Shown here: positions 59,989-64,000 of the stretch, piece after piece
Numbering within the stretch: position 1 is the stretch's first letter
Layout: every line of letters begins with the position of its first letter
Source: an uncultured Bdellovibrionales bacterium
GTDB lineage: Bacteria; Patescibacteriota; Minisyncoccia; Moranbacterales; UBA1568
Direction of reading: 5' to 3'
DNA: 64,000 bases
Assembly (NCBI GenBank): GCA_964612055.1
Contig: CAZTBI010000001.1
Span: 420,824-484,823, forward strand
Notes under the pieces: model-generated
Told to the model about the DNA's origin: nothing
Databases searched by the model: none
Seen by the model: the letters and a program-made list of their open reading frames with translations, nothing else
Translations under genes and position numbers: made by a program

Positions 59989-61716
59989 CTATTTTTTTAC
60001 CCGCTTTGTTTTGATATACCAATCCTCTATACCGCTAAATCGATGAGCTGGAGCGTTGACACTTTTCACATCGATACCCTTAAGCGTGGTACTGGTTACC
60101 GAAAGATACGTTGGGGTATACAAAAACACTGCTGGATTCTCTCGTGCTAAAATTTCCTGAAACTTCTTGTAGAGTTCTTGACGCTTCTCCTGATTCAACT
60201 CCTCACGCAAAGAAAGCAAGACTTCATCAGCATCCTTGTTATCGAAAAGTGCCAAATTGAGTCCCGGATCATGCTTCTGACTGGAATGCCAGAAAGAGTA
60301 CGGGTCGGAGTGTAGCATAGCCGCCTCACCAAAGAGAAGGGCCTGATATTCACGTGGACGCACTGCATTTTGCTGAAGATCAGCAGCGCTCAAAACACTC
60401 ACCGTCACACGGGCACCAACCTTTCCCCACTGATCACGAAGCATTTCCGCCGTCTTCACGAGCTCTGGCCAGTCTGGTACCAAGAGTTCGAATTCAAATA
60501 CTGTTCCCTGCTTAGAACGAATACTGTCTTCTCCTCGCTGCCAACCATTCTCGTCCAAAAGCGCATTGGCCCGCCCCTCGTCAAAGCGAGGGAAAGCGAC
60601 ATCAGCAGCATAGCCCTCCATGAATGGAAGTACCGCTGTTTCAGCGGACTGCCCCTTCCCCAGAAGCACTTCTTTGATGATAGCGTCGCGATCGGTCGCA
60701 AAAGCAAGCGCGCTCCGAATCTCATCATGGGCTAAAGCAGCGTTTTTTGTCACATTGAAGAAAACGGCAAAAATGCGAGGAATGGCGATCTCATAGACAC
60801 GCGTGCTCTTGCGCTCTCCTAGCTCGGCAAGAGTACTTGGCATGACAGAGTTGATACCAAGCACTTCCTTGCGACTGTAAGCATCGAGTAGTGACTGCTC
60901 GTCAGGGTAGAAGTGAAAGGTGATCTTCTGGATATACGGAGCGCCATCAAAGTAGTCTCCGAACGTCCGCAGTTCATAGGACAACATATTGCCATTTGAA
61001 TCTTTCCCAGAATCATAGAAACGATACGGACCAGAACCAATAGGCGCCAAGTTGTAGTCAGCCAGCAAGAAATTTTCTGGAGCGATATTTTCCCAAATAT
61101 GCTTCGGGAGGATGCCCACTGTCAGACTTTCCAAAAATCCGAAGTAGGCTTTTTTCAAAGTAAACGTGAGGGTGTAGCGATCTACCGTGGCTGCATCTAC
61201 CGAAAGCCAATTGGCACGAAGCGGACTCTTGTATGCTGGATCCTGAATAGCTTTGATCGTAAAGAGCACGTCATCAGCCGTTAATTCTTCACCGTCGTGC
61301 CACTTTACTCCTTGACGCAGAGTGACGGTATAGGTCTTGTTATCCTCAGAGACAGTGAAGTTTTCTGCAAGCGATGGCTTCAGTTCGCCATTCACATTGT
61401 AAGTGAAAAGTCCGCTATACACGAGTTCAGAGATATCAGCATCAGCCTCACTGGTTTGAGAAAGTATGGGATTGATGTAACGAGGCTGCGAAACCAACCC
61501 TTCGGTATATTCACCACCGTATTCTGGCACCACCTGAGTCGAGGCAACATACAGTGCCCCTAACCAAAAAAGAAGTGCGCCTAGACCAACCGTGGCAAAG
61601 AACAACACCAAGATACGGTCACGCATCCCAAGAGCCCGGAAAAGGATGAGCCACTGTCGCCTCCGAAGAACAGAAATAATACGGGAAAAGCTACGAATAA
61701 AACTTGAATTTATCAA
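59989..61716 (-). CDS. Family 5 (peptide/nickel) ABC substrate-binding protein
   Basis: GGEYTEG, LVYSGL, WHDGEELTADDV.FT, PIGSGPY. Confidence 0.93.
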   Translation of the reverse strand: MINSSFIRSFSRIISVLRRRQWLILFRALGMRDRILVLFFATVGLGALLFWLGALYVASTQVVPEYGGEYTEGLVSQPRYINPILSQTSEADADISELVYSGLFTYNVNGELKPSLAENFTVSEDNKTYTVTLRQGVKWHDGEELTADDVLFTIKAIQDPAYKSPLRANWLSVDAATVDRYTLTFTLKKAYFGFLESLTVGILPKHIWENIAPENFLLADYNLAPIGSGPYRFYDSGKDSNGNMLSYELRTFGDYFDGAPYIQKITFHFYPDEQSLLDAYSRKEVLGINSVMPSTLAELGERKSTRVYEIAIPRIFAVFFNVTKNAALAHDEIRSALAFATDRDAIIKEVLLGKGQSAETAVLPFMEGYAADVAFPRFDEGRANALLDENGWQRGEDSIRSKQGTVFEFELLVPDWPELVKTAEMLRDQWGKVGARVTVSVLSAADLQQNAVRPREYQALLFGEAAMLHSDPYSFWHSSQKHDPGLNLALFDNKDADEVLLSLREELNQEKRQELYKKFQEILARENPAVFLYTPTYLSVTSTTLKGIDVKSVNAPAHRFSGIEDWYIKTKRVKK

Positions 61717-61741
61717 TTACCACCTCTTCTTCGTCAAAAGA

Positions 61742-61966
61742 TCATCCAGCCACTGAGAAATGAACATTGACTACGCCAAGTACAAAAAAGGCGAGAGCGA
61801 GAAGAACTGTTGCGTAGATAAAGAATTTTTCCAATCCACGCTTGGTGTAGTATCCGCCGAAATCACTGCCGAATGCCGATCCCAGACCAGAGCCACGGTT
61901 TTGGAACAAAATAGAGAGGACAAGAAAAACAGCTACCACTCCCTGAGCTATCAAAAGTGCGCGCAT
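61742..61966 (-). CDS. secG: Preprotein translocase subunit SecG
   Basis: ILFQNRGSGLGSAFG...RGLEK with two TMs. Confidence 0.93.
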   Translation of the reverse strand: MRALLIAQGVVAVFLVLSILFQNRGSGLGSAFGSDFGGYYTKRGLEKFFIYATVLLALAFFVLGVVNVHFSVAG

Positions 61967-62077
61967 AAAAGAAGTCAAAAGATGAAAAGAAATCCAGCTG
62001 CCAATAGGCAGAAATCCCTTTTTTAAGCCTTTTTAGTGTAGCAAAAAAAGGGGGATTCGTCAATAAGGAGCAGGCTC

Positions 62078-63214
62078 CTAAACTCCCAATTTCTCGTCAT
62101 CAAGAAAGCTTCTTTCCAATGAAAGACGCATATCTCCACCGTCCCTTTTCCTCTGATAAATACTAAGGAGTAATCCAAGGGAAAAACATACCGAAAGGAA
62201 TGAGCTTCCCCCGTAAGAAAGGAGTGGTGCCGGAATACCAGTCACTGGTAAAAGACCGATATTCATACCAATATTGACCATAACCTGAACGAAAATCATG
62301 ATCATAATGCCCAAGGAGAGTAGGTATCCAAAATTATCAGTCGCCAAACTCCCGATACGCCTGATACGGTACAATAGTACCCCATAAAGACCGATGACAA
62401 AGAGCGCTCCTACTAGGCCCAGTTCCTCAGCTACAACCGCAAAAATGAAGTCGGTATGCTTTTCCGGTAAAAATGAAAGCTGTGACTGCGATCCGTATCC
62501 CAGACCCTTACCAGATACCCCTCCTGAACCCACTGCCACCATGGCCTGTAAAACATTGTAACCCGTTCCTTGGGGGTCATTTTCTGGATGAAGAAACGTG
62601 TCAATACGAGCTTTTTGGTAGTCAGCCAAGGCAAACCAACTTGCAAAAACCAAAGTTGCTCCGAACAAACCCAGGACCACCAGGTGCTTGAAGCGCAGCC
62701 CCGACGCCAAAATCATCCCAATCCAAATAGCCGCGAGCACCAGAGCCGAACCGAGGTCCGGTTGTCGTAAGACCAGAAAAATGAGTACTGCTGTCAAAAT
62801 AAGTGAAGCAATCACGCGGGCCCACTCTCCGAGTTCCGACTTTTTTTTCGAAATAAAACTGGCAAGAAAAATAATGAGTGTTACCTTGGCGACCTCCACT
62901 GGCTGTACCTGAAAAATACCGAAGGAAAGCCAGCCAGCCGTACCATTGACCGTGGTACCGAAGAGGAGTACCAAGGCAAGAACCGAAGCTGTGCCAAAAT
63001 ACAAAGTCGTACTATATCTTTGAAGTAATCGGTAATCAGTTGATGCAGCGAAGAATACTGCCCCAAAACCGAGGAACGCAAAGATGAGTTGCTTCAAAAA
63101 ATAGTTCACCCCTCCCGAAGAAGAAAGACTATACAGCGAAAGGAGTCCGACAGAAATAAGAAGTATCGCTACCGCAATAATAACCCAGTCGAGCTTGAGA
63201 AATGTCCGTATCAT
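62078..63214 (-). CDS. rodA: Rod shape-determining SEDS glycosyltransferase
   Basis: QPVEVAK, QPDLG, LPEKHTDFIF, P.LSYGGSS. Confidence 0.93.
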   Translation of the reverse strand: MIRTFLKLDWVIIAVAILLISVGLLSLYSLSSSGGVNYFLKQLIFAFLGFGAVFFAASTDYRLLQRYSTTLYFGTASVLALVLLFGTTVNGTAGWLSFGIFQVQPVEVAKVTLIIFLASFISKKKSELGEWARVIASLILTAVLIFLVLRQPDLGSALVLAAIWIGMILASGLRFKHLVVLGLFGATLVFASWFALADYQKARIDTFLHPENDPQGTGYNVLQAMVAVGSGGVSGKGLGYGSQSQLSFLPEKHTDFIFAVVAEELGLVGALFVIGLYGVLLYRIRRIGSLATDNFGYLLSLGIMIMIFVQVMVNIGMNIGLLPVTGIPAPLLSYGGSSFLSVCFSLGLLLSIYQRKRDGGDMRLSLERSFLDDEKLGV

Positions 63215-63250
63215 GAAAGTAATCTTTACAAACTCTACGTGGCAGAGACA

Positions 63251-64000
63251 TCATCTGGCACTTCCACCTGGAAAGTATTGCTTGGAGAAATTTTCAGAAT
63301 GATAGACATCGGCATCCACCTCCATATCGACCTGCTCCACAACGCCCGGAAAAGGAAGTGGCCACACGAGATCAAAGTCACGAGATTCACCAGCTTTGAT
63401 ATTGTTCTGTCTCGTCTTGTTCAATGCCAAAAGCCTCCCTGAAGCATCACGGAGAATGACTCCGACATCGATCGAACGAAAATCATACGGACTTTCATTG
63501 GAAAGGAGTCCGGAAGCTTTACTGAAGCCAAAACCAGATGTCATTGAACTATAACGCTTTTGGTAAATATTGACCGCTGGTTTCTCTCTGTATCCTGAGG
63601 CCTTTTCCCATACTACGTCATTCACGGTAAGCGTCGCCTTCACGGGCATACCACCCGTTTCTATGTTGAGTTCAATAATATCCTTGGTCTCTTGCGGCAA
63701 AGCATAGTTCTTACCAGAACGCGTTGCCAAAACCTGATTGTTCGCATCGTGCAATTCAAACGTATACTGGAATTCAGAAGCACCTACAGCACTGTTCGGA
63801 TTGAAAAAACGCCCTAAAATATCATACGTATTCGCTCCGCCCAATACAAAAGTCACTTCTTGAATTTGAAGATCTTTCCCTACCACTTCCTCAATACAAG
63901 CAGCCGTACATATACCGCCACAGTCTATCCCCTCTTCATTCTGATTTTGCTTGGCATCGCTACAGGTTTCTGGAGCTTTGATAAAAGCAACGTAGACTCC
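63251..64000 (-). CDS. Membrane-anchored hypothetical protein with CxDxxxNxxExGxDCGG motif; 5' end outside the window
   Basis: Frame is open from 64000 (GVYVAFIKAPETCSDAKQNQNEEGIDCGGIC) into the listed ORF. Confidence 0.8.
   Translation of the reverse strand, partial: GVYVAFIKAPETCSDAKQNQNEEGIDCGGICTAACIEEVVGKDLQIQEVTFVLGGANTYDILGRFFNPNSAVGASEFQYTFELHDANNQVLATRSGKNYALPQETKDIIELNIETGGMPVKATLTVNDVVWEKASGYREKPAVNIYQKRYSSMTSGFGFSKASGLLSNESPYDFRSIDVGVILRDASGRLLALNKTRQNNIKAGESRDFDLVWPLPFPGVVEQVDMEVDADVYHSENFSKQYFPGGSAR

Overview
Bacterial chromosomal window, standard genetic code. Gene content and style point to a Patescibacteria/Parcubacteria (CPR) genome, possibly Moranbacteria-like (inference): short Rel, insertion-domain-less UvrA, PilB, DprA-TopA, bifunctional PGI/PMI, RNase J with a long disordered N-terminus, tRNAs without encoded CCA. 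The core backbone (pif1-like helicase, uvrA, uvrB, dxs, DEAD-box helicase, dprA, topA, zur-znuCB, rel, pilB, ychF, pmm/pgm, trpS, ddl, rnj, secG, rodA, 6 tRNAs) is interspersed with single orphan genes. Most notable observations: (1) a free-standing ~230-nt transcription unit containing a near-intact copy of the 23S rRNA L1-stalk (H77-H78 and an H76 stub) with no rRNA gene around it; (2) a tRNA cluster invaded by two GIY-YIG nuclease genes, each bracketed by a duplicated tRNA 5' fragment peppered with CCGCC-N3/4-GGCGG mini-hairpins, plus non-coding inserts at tRNA 3' ends and a related in-frame hairpin in trpS; (3) two copies of a covarying three-way-junction RNA/DNA motif and a neighbouring ~190-nt rod-like ncRNA candidate; (4) an integrase-less ~11-kb island integrated in the 3' end of ychF carrying a 1951-aa surface protein and an ABC exporter. 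All calls are by eye; no database search or folding software was run.
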